DNA from: Emiliania huxleyi CCMP1516
Lineage: Eukaryota
DNA: 64,000 nucleotides
Assembly (NCBI RefSeq): GCF_000372725.1
Contig: NW_005201092.1
Span: forward strand, 532,564-596,563
Direction: 5' to 3'
Position 1 is the first letter of the stretch. Each line of letters starts with the position of its first letter. The notes under the pieces are model-generated. The model ran no database searches. It was not told the DNA's origin and worked only from the letters and a program-made list of their open reading frames with translations. A program made the translations under genes and the position numbers. Shown here in pieces: positions 46,509 to 58,500 of the stretch.

Positions 46509-47817
46509 CGGATGAGGTCCTTTAGAGAGTCGATGACGCGGATATAAGAGGTCCTCTGTACGAAAAAATCTCTCCGCGCGGGGGCGCGGGGGGGGCCTAG
46601 GTGGGGGGGGTCCCATGGCCCGTCACAGGCGCCGATTTTTTTGATTTTTCCTTTATGCCACATTTTTACTTGTTTTCCATGGGGGAATTCGGCGTATGAG
46701 CCGTAAAGCCGTACACTAGGGGTTGTGCGCTGGGCCCTCCTGCTCGGCTCCAGCCAGTAGACAAGTCTTGTCATCCACAGAGTAGAAGAATCTGACCTCG
46801 GGGCCGATGTGACCAAGCGCTGGTAGCGTGGTTTTACCTCACACCCATATGGTCTCACAGTGTGCCGGCAGTCGCCGAGCAGTGTCGCTCACACAAGCCG
46901 CAGCACAAGTGACTGAGGGCCAGTGAGGGCGAGGCCATCGCTGTCACAGCTGTGGCAGCCGCACAGTAGGCTGTGTCAACTGTGCAGAGTGTGTGAGCAG
47001 CAGAGGAGCTGCTCTCCAGGCTTCAGGCGCAAAGAGATGCATGCCACCGAAGGCGCTGTCGAGGTTCGCCGAGCGCGGCGCAGGTTGGGGGACACCGTCA
47101 CCGACGAGCGCGTTGGAGTATTCACTCCGGACAAAGACGGCGGCACGCACACGAGCTGCGGCCGTGCCGCCGTCATAGTGGCGAGGCGCGGCACCGTCTG
47201 TGGCGAGGTGGGTCGCGTCCCCCGATTTCCTCAACTCACGGTCCACACCCTCAACTTGCGGCCATGCTATCACGCCTTGCGACAGCCTGTCGGCGCTGCT
47301 GACCGTGCCATGCTGCACAATTGATCACCTGCATAGCTCGCGGCCTTAGTATCAAGCATTCAGTGACGACCTGATCGTACGGCCAGTAGGAATCGGTGTG
47401 TCCTTCCAGCGCGTGTGCACGCTTTTGACGCAATGCGCGTCACAAACTGCCTCAGATTGGCTGCTGGCACTCTCGAGGCTATGCCTACACAGCCTCGCGC
47501 GCATGGGCAGTCAATAGGGACCACGCACCTTCTCAGGACAGCGCCGGTGCCTCTCTCTTGGACCGGCAAACTTGGTGGTCTCGTGTCACCAATGTGGGAC
47601 CAGTGCGGCATCGCGCCATCGACAGCTCTGAACTGCGCCTCACCACTGACCGGGAAGGCCGCCAAGTGGGCCAGCACAGGTCGCACATTGTGGCAGCAGT
47701 CAACAGTGCATGTCTGATAGCTAGAGCAGCAGCGTCAGGGTCGCAGGGTCGGATCGTGTCAAGCCTCTCGCCCGGCCGGCCGCGTGCAGACGTCGGCCTG
47801 TCTGCTGTCTGGGGATA

Positions 47818-48818
47818 GTGTGGTCGCTCAAGGCGGCGACTGAATGGCGCGTGCGGGCGCTGCTGGACTCAGAGCCGCTTGCTGGCGACCCGCACACAAT
47901 TTCGCTGCCGCTCGACGACGGCTGCCACGCGCCCGCCTCGCGGCCCGCCGAGGTGAGCCCGCTACTCAACCTTACCGCGGCAAAGCTGCTGATGCAGCTC
48001 AACGCGGTTTTGCTGTGCAGTGTGGGCGGGATTCAGACGTGGACGGCGGCGGCTGCGACGCCGTGGCGCCGCCTCCCTCCCCTCAACTTGACTCTCCTCG
48101 CCTCGAGCTGCAACCCGGGGATGCCGAGCTGCGAGGCGTACTCGAAGGCGGCCTCGCTCGCGGGCGAGGTTGCCCGCTTCGCCACCCAGGCGCCGCCTAT
48201 CGAGGACGGACCAGAGCTCGCCGCGCTGCTCGTGCTGCCAAGGAGCGGTGGGTGGTGGTCGCCTTTCGCGGGACGCGAGACCTCGACGCGGGAGCGTGGC
48301 TGACCAACTTCCAGACGTGGCAGGACGACGTGGCGGGCGGGTCGTGCGGCGAGAGGGTGCACCACGGCTGGGGCGAGAGCTGGGTGCAGCTGCGGGGGCG
48401 CGTGAGGTAGGGCGTGGAGGCGCTCCTCGCCGAGCACCCGACGTACCGGCTGGTCGTCACCGGCCACTCCTGCGGCGCCTCGCTCGCGACGCTGATGGTG
48501 GCCGAGTGGGCGGCCGACGGCTCCCTCTCCGCCCTCTCGCCGCTACCCCTCCTCTATAGCTTCGCCTCCCCGCGGTGGGAAACGCCGCCTTTGCTGTGGC
48601 GCGTAAGTCAACCAGCGCGATTCGATCCCGCGCGTGCCGCCCGACGTGGCCTCCTTGACCCCCCTCACCAGTGGCAGCACGCCGGCACGCAGGTCTTGCT
48701 CACGCCCAACTCGGGAGGCACCGAGGCGGGGGGGTGCGCAGGCGCCGGATCCTGCAACGACGCCGTGCCCGGCTACAGGCTCTCCATCCTCGACCACACC
48801 ACCGCTACTTTGGGGTGA
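47818..48818 (+). pseudogene. Lipase class 3 (GHSxG) gene with a frameshift and an in-frame stop
   Basis: VVAFRGT, WLTNF, VHHGW, TAG at 48408-48410, then LVVTGHSCGASLATL and YSFASPR; frame change near 48240. Confidence 0.75.
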
Positions 48819-49097
48819 GCTCTGCGGGATCGAACTGCTGAGTGAGCGAGCGTGCGTGCGAGCGAGGAGTGAGTGTGTGGCATTAGGTGGCTCACGTGTG
48901 CACTTGAGAACCCTGCTGGCTTTTTTTGATTTAGCCTTGCATGAATTTTGTTGTTCGGTGGCCACCGGGCGGGTTAGCAGCCTCGTTCTACGTTCATCGC
49001 CGCTTCGCCGGGGGCCGCGTGAACGCCGATCGAACGCCGACAGGAGCACCCCGGTAGCGGGTAGGGTTGTCGAAGGCGCCGCAAACGCAGACGAGCC

Positions 49098-49579
49098 ATG
49101 CCGCTCTGCACGAAGAGCCTCGCGATCAGCGCAAACTGCGTCGTCGGCGCCGCTTACGGGCTCCAATTCTTCCTCGCCCCGGGCTTCACGATCGAGCAGA
49201 ACTTCAAGGTCGTTCCCGACAAATACCACAAGTTCATGGGTCGTTTCACCGGTGGGCTTGTAGAGAGGGTAGCGTCCCATCTGTTTGTCGCCTCACACCC
49301 TGCCGCACCGCTCAGGCATGTGCATGCTCACACTCTGCAAGCTCATGAAGTCCGCCGACGAAGCGATCGTGTGGCCGGTCTCTTTCGCTTTCACGGCGTG
49401 CCCTGAGCAGCACGCGCGCCTTCCCACCCCGGAAGTTCCAACTTCCGCCCTACTGACAGGCGGCCGTCATGGCGTGCGGACCTGGCTTCGCCGAGATGTA
49501 CCTTGACACTACGCCGATGCACAAGGTCGCGCCGGTCCTCGTCGGCGGCGTCCTCGCCGTCCACCTGCTCTCCGCGTGA
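49098..49579 (+). CDS. Small multi-pass membrane protein, 3 exons (second intron appears GC-AG)
   Basis: MPLCTKSLAISANCVVGAAYGLQFFLAPGFTIEQNF...FTG|MCMLTLCKLMKS...FAFT|AAVMACGPGFAEMYLDTTPMHKVAPVLVGGVLAVHLLSA*. Confidence 0.6.
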
Positions 49580-49909
49580 AGCTCTCCGCCTGGGTCCGCC
49601 TGCCTGCCCGCGCCCGGAAATGCACACAATGCACCGCGGCATGCAGAGGTTAGCTGGCAGAGTGCAACGAAGGAACAGTGTCGAACACGTCCCAACTTCT
49701 TGTTCTTCTTCAAGAAGCCCCGCCTGACTTCCGACGCGTGCGCGTGGCCGTGGGTGTCGGGGACGCTCAGCGCGCTCTTTGTACCTCGCCAATGACCATA
49801 TTGGTGTACGACGTATCGATGCCCAGTAAACATTATCCCCCCCGCACGTGTGAAGCTTGGTTTTTTAGAAAATCTTTTTTCCAGTGAATCACTGCCGTGC
49901 CCTGAGCCC

Positions 49910-50120
49910 TGGTCTGACAGCGCTGACAGCAATGAGCAAACCCCGGACAGCGCCTGACAGTGCCCGACAGCCTGACAGCGCTGACAGCACTTTCTCTGAC
50001 AGTCTGACAGCATGTATCTGACAACCTGACAGCAGAGTCTGACATCAGAGGGGCTCCGTCGCTGTCAGGCGACAGGCCCTAACGTGACAGCCTGACAGCA
50101 GCAGCGCTGACAGCCCGACA
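49910..50120. repeat. Cluster of CTGACAG-like motifs
   Basis: More than a dozen (c)tgaca(g) copies in about 200 bp, with one inverted (ctgtcag). Confidence 0.7.
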
Positions 50121-50547
50121 GCAGCACAGACCGTACACAGACCCCGTAGAGCCTCTTTCTTTGCCCCATGAGGGTATAACAAATTTACATGCAAAGACAT
50201 GTGAGTGTGGTCCATGAGATTTGTTGTTGGTCCATGTAGTCATGGTATGGTCATGGGTCTCTCTCTCAACCCTCCCGCCCCACCTGCTGCGTGGTGTACC
50301 TGTAAAAGAAAGAAAGAAAGAAAACAGACAACCCAAGGGAGGGATGGGAGTATAAATAAATAAATACAACGTACACGCCAAACGAGGGGTGGGAGAAGGA
50401 CAGGGTCCCCACCTGCACGAGCAGGATCTTGTAAGGACGATCAGGGACACAGGGGAACGGGAGCGGGGAGCGCATCGCGGATGGGAGTACCTGTGTTAGT
50501 CCCAGGCGCGCGCAATTCTTTTTTCCCGCAAGGCCCACCCGTTGTAA

Positions 50548-51455
50548 TGCTGAAGCGCAAGTTGGATCACGGCGGCGGGCTCTTCGACTCCTCGCCCGGC
50601 GGCGGGCTGCTCGACTCCTCGTTCGGTTCCGCAGCGGGCGCGACCTGGACGCTGCGCGTTGACTTTGACGGAGACGACTCGCGCGAAGTCCACCTGCATC
50701 GCGAGGCGTGCCGGAGCGCCTTTTTGACGCTGCTGCAGGACACCGATCGCTTCGGGGGCAGCAGGACGGTCACTCTCGACCCCGCGTGGCGCAGCTTCTT
50801 CGAACCGCTGATGCGCATCCTGTACATCCCCGAGGCTGTCGACTTCTTCGTCGAGCAGCTGCTCGTCTCGCACGCCAGGACGATCGGGCAGGCCCTCGCC
50901 GTGAGCCACTGCGCCATCTACCTCGACCTCGACGCCCCCTTCTTCGCCGCCTTCTACGCGGCCGTCCGCTCGCGGCGTAGGCGCTGGTCCGCCTTCATCG
51001 ACGACGACCGCTTTGAGCTGCCGCGAGCGTGGCGCCAGCTGCCACTCGGCCACGCTCTGCGCTGGCTCCACGCGCTGTGCCCCTCCGCGCACGCCGCGCG
51101 GTCTAACCTGGCCGCGTACCTCGCCGCCGAGCCCGGCCTGAGCGAGAGCATGATGCACGACGGCGCGCGTGACGAGGAGGCGCGCCGCCGACTTCCGCCA
51201 CAGTCATCAACCTCACCCACGCTGACCCTAGCACGGACGAGTCGCACACACACACACACGTGTGGGGAGCCGACACGAGATCACACCCTGTCACCGGCCG
51301 AGCCACTTTGGGTCTGGACTGCTAGACACACAGTTTGGCTGGCGGCGCTCAAGGTGCCCGGCGCTCACAGCCCGATCACACGTTTAGCTGTGAACAGGTG
51401 GCCAGCGGTGCTGCGGAGCCTGACGACGAGGAGGCGACGCGGGGCTGGACGCTGA
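50548..51455 (+). CDS. Hypothetical protein, possibly with a BTB-like N-terminal domain; runs toward the assembly gap
   Basis: TLRVDFDG...EVHLHREACRSAFLTLL...FFEPLMRILY...CAIYLDL resembles a BTB pattern. Confidence 0.4.
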
Positions 51456-51471
51456 TCGTCCAGGCGGCGGC

Positions 51472-51571
51472 NNNNNNNNNNNNNNNNNNNNNNNNNNNNN
51501 NNNNNNNNNNNNNNNNNNNNNNNNNNNNNNNNNNNNNNNNNNNNNNNNNNNNNNNNNNNNNNNNNNNNNNN
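51472..51571. other. Assembly gap (100 N)
   Basis: Run of N. Confidence 1.
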
Positions 51572-52450
51572 CCCCCCCCCCCCCCCCCCTGGCCCCTCGC
51601 CCTCTAGCCGCCGCCCTCACCGCCCACACCCACCCACCCACACCCACACCTTAGCCAGTTGCGGCGGCCTCCGCAGGTGCGGACGACTGCGCGACCTTTT
51701 GCGCCAGACGCCAGACGCGGCAGATAGATTCTCGCCGTCGAACATTCTCGCTCCTGTGGGCAGTTCTCCGCATCCCGGGTAGAGCGAGCTCCCGAGGTGC
51801 TACCCGCCCGCTGCGCGCATTGGACTCCAAGTCGATACGAGCGCGCCGCGCGTTGAGCACGCGGCGCGCTCGCATCGATTCGCCACTTCCAGCGTGAGGG
51901 TGTATAAATAGCTTCAAAGAAGGACCAAGCGCACCAGCGACACAAGGGACTGTTCTACTAATCAAAACCCGCCCTCAAGGGCTGGGAATGCTGCGCTCCC
52001 AGCTCCCACGCCACCCCCCGCGAGCCCCCGAGGACCGCCCGACGGCGCCGACCGACCCTCGAGGACCGACCCCGCGAATTCATCGCTCATCGGGACGCGG
52101 GGGCTCTCTCGGCTCTACGGACGGCCTACGGGACCGGCCCCAGCTTCGGCTGAGGGCTGAGGTAGAGCCCGACAAGCTGCCGAGCCCGAAGGAGGTGGGC
52201 GTGGGAAGGTCTAGGTGGGGTGGTCCTCACCCCGGCGGCCCGCGCACGCACGCCGTCTGAGCCTAGCGCAGCGCGAACTCGCTCTGGGCCTAGCGCAGCG
52301 CGAGATTTGCGCAGCAACCCGGCCGGGCAACCCTGACGAAAAACTTATTTTGTTTTTGTTGAGACTTCTGTTTTGCCGTGCCAAGATCAACTGCTTAAAT
52401 TCTTTTTGTACTTAGCGTGAGATCAATTTGAGTGGAGGCCTTGCTGCAAG

Positions 52451-54105
52451 ATGCGAGCTGTGCCGTGGGGGTTTAATGCTCAGCTCGAGGCGAGGCCGCC
52501 GGCCGCTGGGTGGTACAGCACCGCCGACATGCTCAGTCGCCTTGCACTTGCGACTGCTCTCTTTTGCTACTGCCTCGCGACCCAGCCGCTGCGACTGGCT
52601 CGCTTCGCGCTGCAGTACAACCGACTTTGGCACGGCGGCTTCACAGGCACGGCCATGACGCTCCTCCTGCCGGTCACGCCGGCGGTCCTCGCTGCGATTG
52701 CGTGGGGCGAGCGGCTGAAGCAGTTTGTGATGAGGGAGGATGAGTGGGATCCTCGATTCGGCGAGGAGCCGTGTATTTGGTACCAACCACCTCCGTCGAA
52801 GGCCGCCGCCATCATCTACGACGCGTTCAGGCCGCTTGCCGACTGGGTGGCGGCTTTTGTGCTCTTCGGCGACAACCGCGTCGCCATCGACCACACTCTT
52901 CACTACACCATTTGCACAAAGGAGTACTGGTACGGCCTGCTTGACGGCGTTGGAGCACGCAGGCCGCAGCCTCCGCGCTGTCCTCGTCCTCGCTGCCTCG
53001 CTCTCTCTCCCCCCCCTACCTCCTCATCGCCGCATCCCTCTCTTCCTCGCCGCAGGCCGCTGCAGCTCGGGTCGTGGGACGGCCACGCGCTGCGCGACGT
53101 GGGCCGCGGCGTCGAGAGCGGCGGTTGCGACCTCGTCTGCAAAATCTCCGACTCGTACCTCGGCATCGGCGACCGCGGCACGAGACAGCCTCCCCGCCTC
53201 TCCTCGACCCTCTCCCGGACCTCCCCCGGGCCTGTCCTAGGCGACCTCGTCTTCAAGCGTGGCGTCGACTTTGCGACGCGCGGCGACATCGAGGCGGCTC
53301 TGCGCGGAGATGCGCGCTACGCGGGCAGGCCAGCGGTGCTGTGCGAGATGGTGCAGCCATGTGCGGGGCTCGAGGCGTCCGTGTCGAGCGACGGATACAG
53401 CGCCGTCCACTTGCTCGACATTATTGTTCTTCGTGTTATTATTATTATTATATTCAATATTAGGATTCAGCGCCGTCCACTCGCTCGACATCGTGACGCT
53501 GCGCACGCGCGAGGGCGCCAAGGTCCTGTCGCTCGTCTTGTGGCGAGACACTTCTGAGACACTCCCGAGACACTGGAGACACTCCCCAGGTCCTCTCGCT
53601 CGTCCTGTGGACCGACTGCCCCTCCTGGACGTCCCACTCGGCCACGGCCGGCTACCTCGTCGATATAGGCCCGCCGCTGGCCTCTCGCTGGCCCCTCGCC
53701 CCGCCCCGCCCCCGCACAGCGCAGCCGCGCCCCGCCCAACCCGCGCGCCCGCCACCCTCCCCTGCCTTGCCCCCTCCGTCGCTCGCAGCGAGTGAGACGC
53801 TCGTCGCGCCCGCCGCGTGGTACGCGCCCGGCTTCTGCTCGATGGCGGCGCCGCTCGTGGGGCAGCGCGTCCCCGGCGCGCGCGAGGCTTGCCTCAAGGC
53901 GATGGCGGCGCACGACGCGTCCGAGCTCGAGTGGCTCACTTGCGTCGGCTGGGACGCGATGATCACCGACCAGGGCCCCCTCTTCTTTGAGGGGAACGTC
54001 GGAGCCCAACGCGCGCCGCGCCGCGCGACCCTCACGCCCGAGCTAGCCAACGGGTTCCGCCGCTGGATGACGACGCGCGGGATTCCGGAGAGCATTTCAC
54101 AATAA
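52451..54105 (+). CDS. ATP-grasp-fold-like protein (sugar-transfer-associated ATP-grasp type); multi-exon
   Basis: LVCKISDSYLGIGD, VLCEMVQP, VHSLDIVTLRT and C-terminal VGWDAMITDQGPLFFEGN. Confidence 0.6.
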
Positions 54106-55553
54106 ATAACCCAGAGGGAGCCTTGGCCCTTGCGCTGCGGGCGACGGAATGGAGGAGGGGAAGTCGACGGGCGGAGGCTCTGTGTTAGTGCCAGTCCCGT
54201 GCAGCGTGCTGGTGGGAGAGGGCATTTTCTTCGTCGTAAAATTCTTTGCCCAGACCCCAGTGTCGCCACGCGGAATTCTTTTTCTTATCGTGTGTGTGGA
54301 CCGCCTTCGCTCGTAAAATTGCCCGCCAAAAGAAAGCCAACTTGGCTTGACCTGCGGGCGGCCTTCTCTCGAGGTCTCATAAATAAATAAACAAAGAGCT
54401 GGACAAATACCAAATTCCAAATCGCAAACATAGAAACCCAAACACAGGCGGCGACGTGGCATACGAGCTCATAGGAGAAGGAGGATAAATAGAGCAGACA
54501 ACCAGGTATCTCGAGATGAGAAAGAGAAAAAATTCCTGCAAGTGCACTCGACCATCGTCGCGAGGCGCAACGCCGCCATCTTCGACTACAACGCGTGGCC
54601 GAAGATGGGCGGCGAGATGCCGCGGGCGCCTCGGGTGCAGTATGAGTAGGGACGGGCGAGGGAGGAGGGGCGCTGACCACGGGCGACTACGAGTCGACGG
54701 TTCGAGGACGACTACTCGCCGCCTGGGTCGTTTGGGGCGCGCGGCTCCGTCGAGGACCGGGCGCGCCCCTTACCCGGCGCGGCGTAGGTCCCACTCTGAC
54801 GTATAGAGGGGAGGCACGGACAACGGCCCAATCCATCAATTCCACTCATCTTCTGGTGCTTGGCCCCGTGCAACAGCGGTCCGGCAGGCTGCCCCCAAGG
54901 CCCCCCGGGCCGCTGCGGGTTTGGGAGTTATGCTTAGGCACAGCTTCGGCGATGGCAGCCCCTCTCTGGGGTGTTGCATAGGCGGGGAGTCTCCCCCGCT
55001 GGTCTCCTCCTTCCCATTTTTTCTTTTCTTTTGAGAGCAGGACGCCGGGTTTGTCTTGTATGTGCATGTCGGGCCTGGGTGTGTGTGAGGGGCAGAAGGG
55101 GCGGGAGCGTGCGGGGCAGAGGCCCAACGTCGGGCGGCTTGTCGGGGTCCGGAGAATTCGAGGGGGGAACGAGGAGGGGGGAATGGGCGGTCGGCGACGA
55201 GTAGAGCAGCAGGCGCGTACGGGGTAGCCGTCACTTTCCCGCCTCGAAAGGGCGGGGCTGTCCCGGAAAGTGAGAGACGCCGGGCAGCGTGACGCATTAC
55301 TGAACCCTCCCATACGTGCTCGTACTCCTCCTTCGCTGTCCCATCTCCTCCTCTCTTTCCCGCCTGGGCGGGGCAGCGGGTGGGCGCGCGGTGCGGCGTG
55401 GCGTGTGAGCGTGTGCGACTGCAACGACGGACCGCTCGCAAGGGACCATTGGGTTTGTACTATTAACAACGAAGGCGCTCTCAAAAAAAAGAAAAATTGT
55501 GGGGCTGCTGACCGCGACACGACCGCTTTGGTGTCCCGCCGCCCAGTCGGCCG

Positions 55554-58500
55554 ATGATGCCGCCGACGTCGCCAATCTCGCCGCCGTCGGCCGACCTCGT
55601 GCGGAGGCTCGGGAGAATCGATCAGTTCGGCCCGAAGAGACAGGCAAGCCTGCAGGAGGCGTTCAAAACGGAGGCTGAGCTTTGCAAAGCGACGGAGAAG
55701 GACCTGCGCTCAGTCGCCAAGATCGGGCCGGGGCTGGCAAAGGTGTTGTACGGCGTGATCGCGACGGGCGAGTTTCCGCCCTCAAAGTGGCGCGGCGAGG
55801 CTCGCGTCGCGATGTGGAACACGCGCACGCAAAAGAAGGTGTCGACGCGGAGCCTTCCGACTGAGGAGGGCGCGGAGGCGTGGCTCGAGAAGCGCCCGCA
55901 CTGCGAGCGTTATACGGGCCAGGACATGACGCTGAGGGGGCCGAACCTCGTGTCCGACGCGAGCGTGATGGGCGGGGCGGACTACCTCATGCACTGCGGC
56001 CAGGCGGGCTCTGCCGAGGAGCTCGCTCGGCTGGACCAGACGTGTGCTGCCATCCCGCCCCTTCCTTGCCCACCCGCAGTTCCGCGCTGAGTGTTGCGTC
56101 CCGCCCACAGGCTCGCAGAGCACAAACTCGCGCGCCGCGTCGTCGCCGTCGCTGCGAGCGGCGGCTCGAGCTCAGCGCCTGCAGCGCCGCCTGGATCCAG
56201 CCTGTTCGACGCCGTCTCGCAGGCCGCGAGGCGGCTCGAGCAAGAGATCTCGCAGAACGAGATTCAGAGCGCCGCCATATCGGCGGTGTCGCGGCGCTGC
56301 GTCGACCCGCTCACCGAGCGCGCGCAGCGCAAGTCGCCGAGCCGGGTGGCGATCATCGATGACGACGACGACGACGACGACGACCCGCCGACGCCGACGG
56401 CGCTCTTGGCGGCGGCGAGCGTCCTGCTCTCGCGCCCGATCTGGGTCTTCACCGGCGCCGCGTCGGAGAAGAACGTCCTGCTCGTCAACCCGAAGCACAT
56501 GCCTCGCACCGTCGAGCCGCTCCGCCTCGCCGAGTTTGGGGGCTCGTACCACGCGCTGGTGCCGGACGACGAGGCGGCGGCAGCGGCGGAGCCGGCCGAG
56601 GCCGTCGTGTCGTCCGACCCGGAGGTGCTCGCCGACGCGGAGGAAGCGCTTCTCGCCGCCGACGAGACGCAGCTCCCTGACCTTAAGGACGACCTCGAGA
56701 CGAGCCTCAAGGACACGGTCACCACCATCAGCGGTACGTCCGCCCCACGACCACCCCGCCACCGCTCACACGCCGCTGCCAGCCTCGACCGCCCCCCCTA
56801 GCCACCGCGACCGACCCCCCTGGCCACCGCGGGCGCGCCGCACCCACCCACCCACCCATCCACCGCCCCGCCCAGTGCAGAGACGGAGAGGTGGAGCAAG
56901 GAGAACATCCCGGAGAAGCTCGACCTCTCTTCCTACTCCGAGCCGCTCGAAGGCTACCGGCGCCGCCTCGTGGACGGCGCAGGCCTCGACGCGGTGTGCC
57001 TCGGCGACAACGGCGTCGGCAAGAGCACGCTCGTCGACGTCGCCATCTACAACACGCTCGAGGACGACAACGCGTACAAGCCGCGCCTCGACCAGGGCTA
57101 CGTGCTCGAGGCGGTCAACAAGTTGTTCTCCACCGCCGAGGCCGACCCGCCGACTCTCGCGCAGCTCATCGCCGACAAGACATTGCTGTCTTCCAAGGGC
57201 ACCGAGGTCGTGGTTCTCGAACACGACGACGCGGCGGCGGCAGAGGCGGGCGCCGACATCGCGCAGCTGGAGAACGACTTCCGCTCGTACGCCGAGAGCC
57301 CCGGGCACATGCGGCCGAGCTTCAAGAAGGCGCACTTCCTGCTGCCGACGGGCCGTGACGACCACGCCACCACCGCGATCCACACGTTTGTGCGCTACGG
57401 CGGCGGCGTGCACATGCTCGTGAGCAAGTACACCGTTGCCGAGCTGAAGCAGCAGGCGTTCTTGTTCGTGGCGATCCGGCGCGAGCTCGGCGACGACGAC
57501 CCCGAGGACATCGAGAACGAGAAGCAGAAGGACGAGCTCAAGGAGGCGTGGCACACGTTCCTCAAGGTGACGCAGGGCCAGACAACCGATCTGCCAGAGC
57601 TGTCGGACGAGCTGCCGGCGGCCGACGAGCTGCCCGAAAGCTGGAGCGAGGTCAAGGTCTGCGACGCGGTGCTCAAGCTGACGAGCTCGCCCCACACGCT
57701 GTACTGCGGCGAGGGCCGGTCTCTGCACCACGACCGCAAGCAGATCCACGAGGTGCTCGAGACGATGAACGATGATGAGCGGCTCGAGCGGGTGGTCGCG
57801 AAGACGGTTGAGCTCTTCGTCCCCGCGGCGGTCCTCGAGGGCGGCTGTGGCTTCATCGACCTGCCCGGGAACAACGACGCCGACCCAGGCAGCATGCGCC
57901 AGATCCGGGAGGGCATCGAACGAGCGGGCGCCGTCTTCGTCGTGCTCAAGCGGGACATCGCGGGCGACAACAACACGGTCAAGCTCCTGAAGGACAGCGG
58001 CCTGCTGGCCCGCGCGCTGCATGCCGACGAGCCGCTCAAGCTCGTCTTCCTCTTCAACCGCGAGCTCAGCCAGCAGCTGAAGATCTCGGACATCGACACG
58101 GAGGCGGAGGCCGAGACGCGACGGGCGCTCGAGGAGAACACGCGCAAGAAGTTCAAGAAGATGCTGAGCGACGTGAACAGGTCCGCTCAGAATCGGCAGG
58201 AGCCAGCGCGGACCGAGGAGGAGATCGCGCAGATCGTGGCGAGCACGCCGATGCGCGCCATCTACCCGATGTCGCACACAGCATGCAAGCTGCATACCGA
58301 GTTCGTCGAGAAGAACGCGGACAACAAGGCACTAGCCGAGGGCGTCTTCTCCCACTCCAACATGTACTGGTTCTCGGGCGTGCTCGACGCGCTCAACCGC
58401 GACTACTACGTCCGAGAGCTCGGCCGCCTCGTGACGAAGACGATCCCCGAACTGCTGCAGAAGCTTCAGAGCGGCCTCGACGATGCGGCTCACACGGACG

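Noticed and set aside
46860..47800. Several 60-130 aa ORFs on both strands
   Set aside because: No consistent frame or recognisable domain.
56766..58295. 509-aa minus-strand ORF
   Set aside because: Antisense shadow of the dynamin-like GTPase exon.
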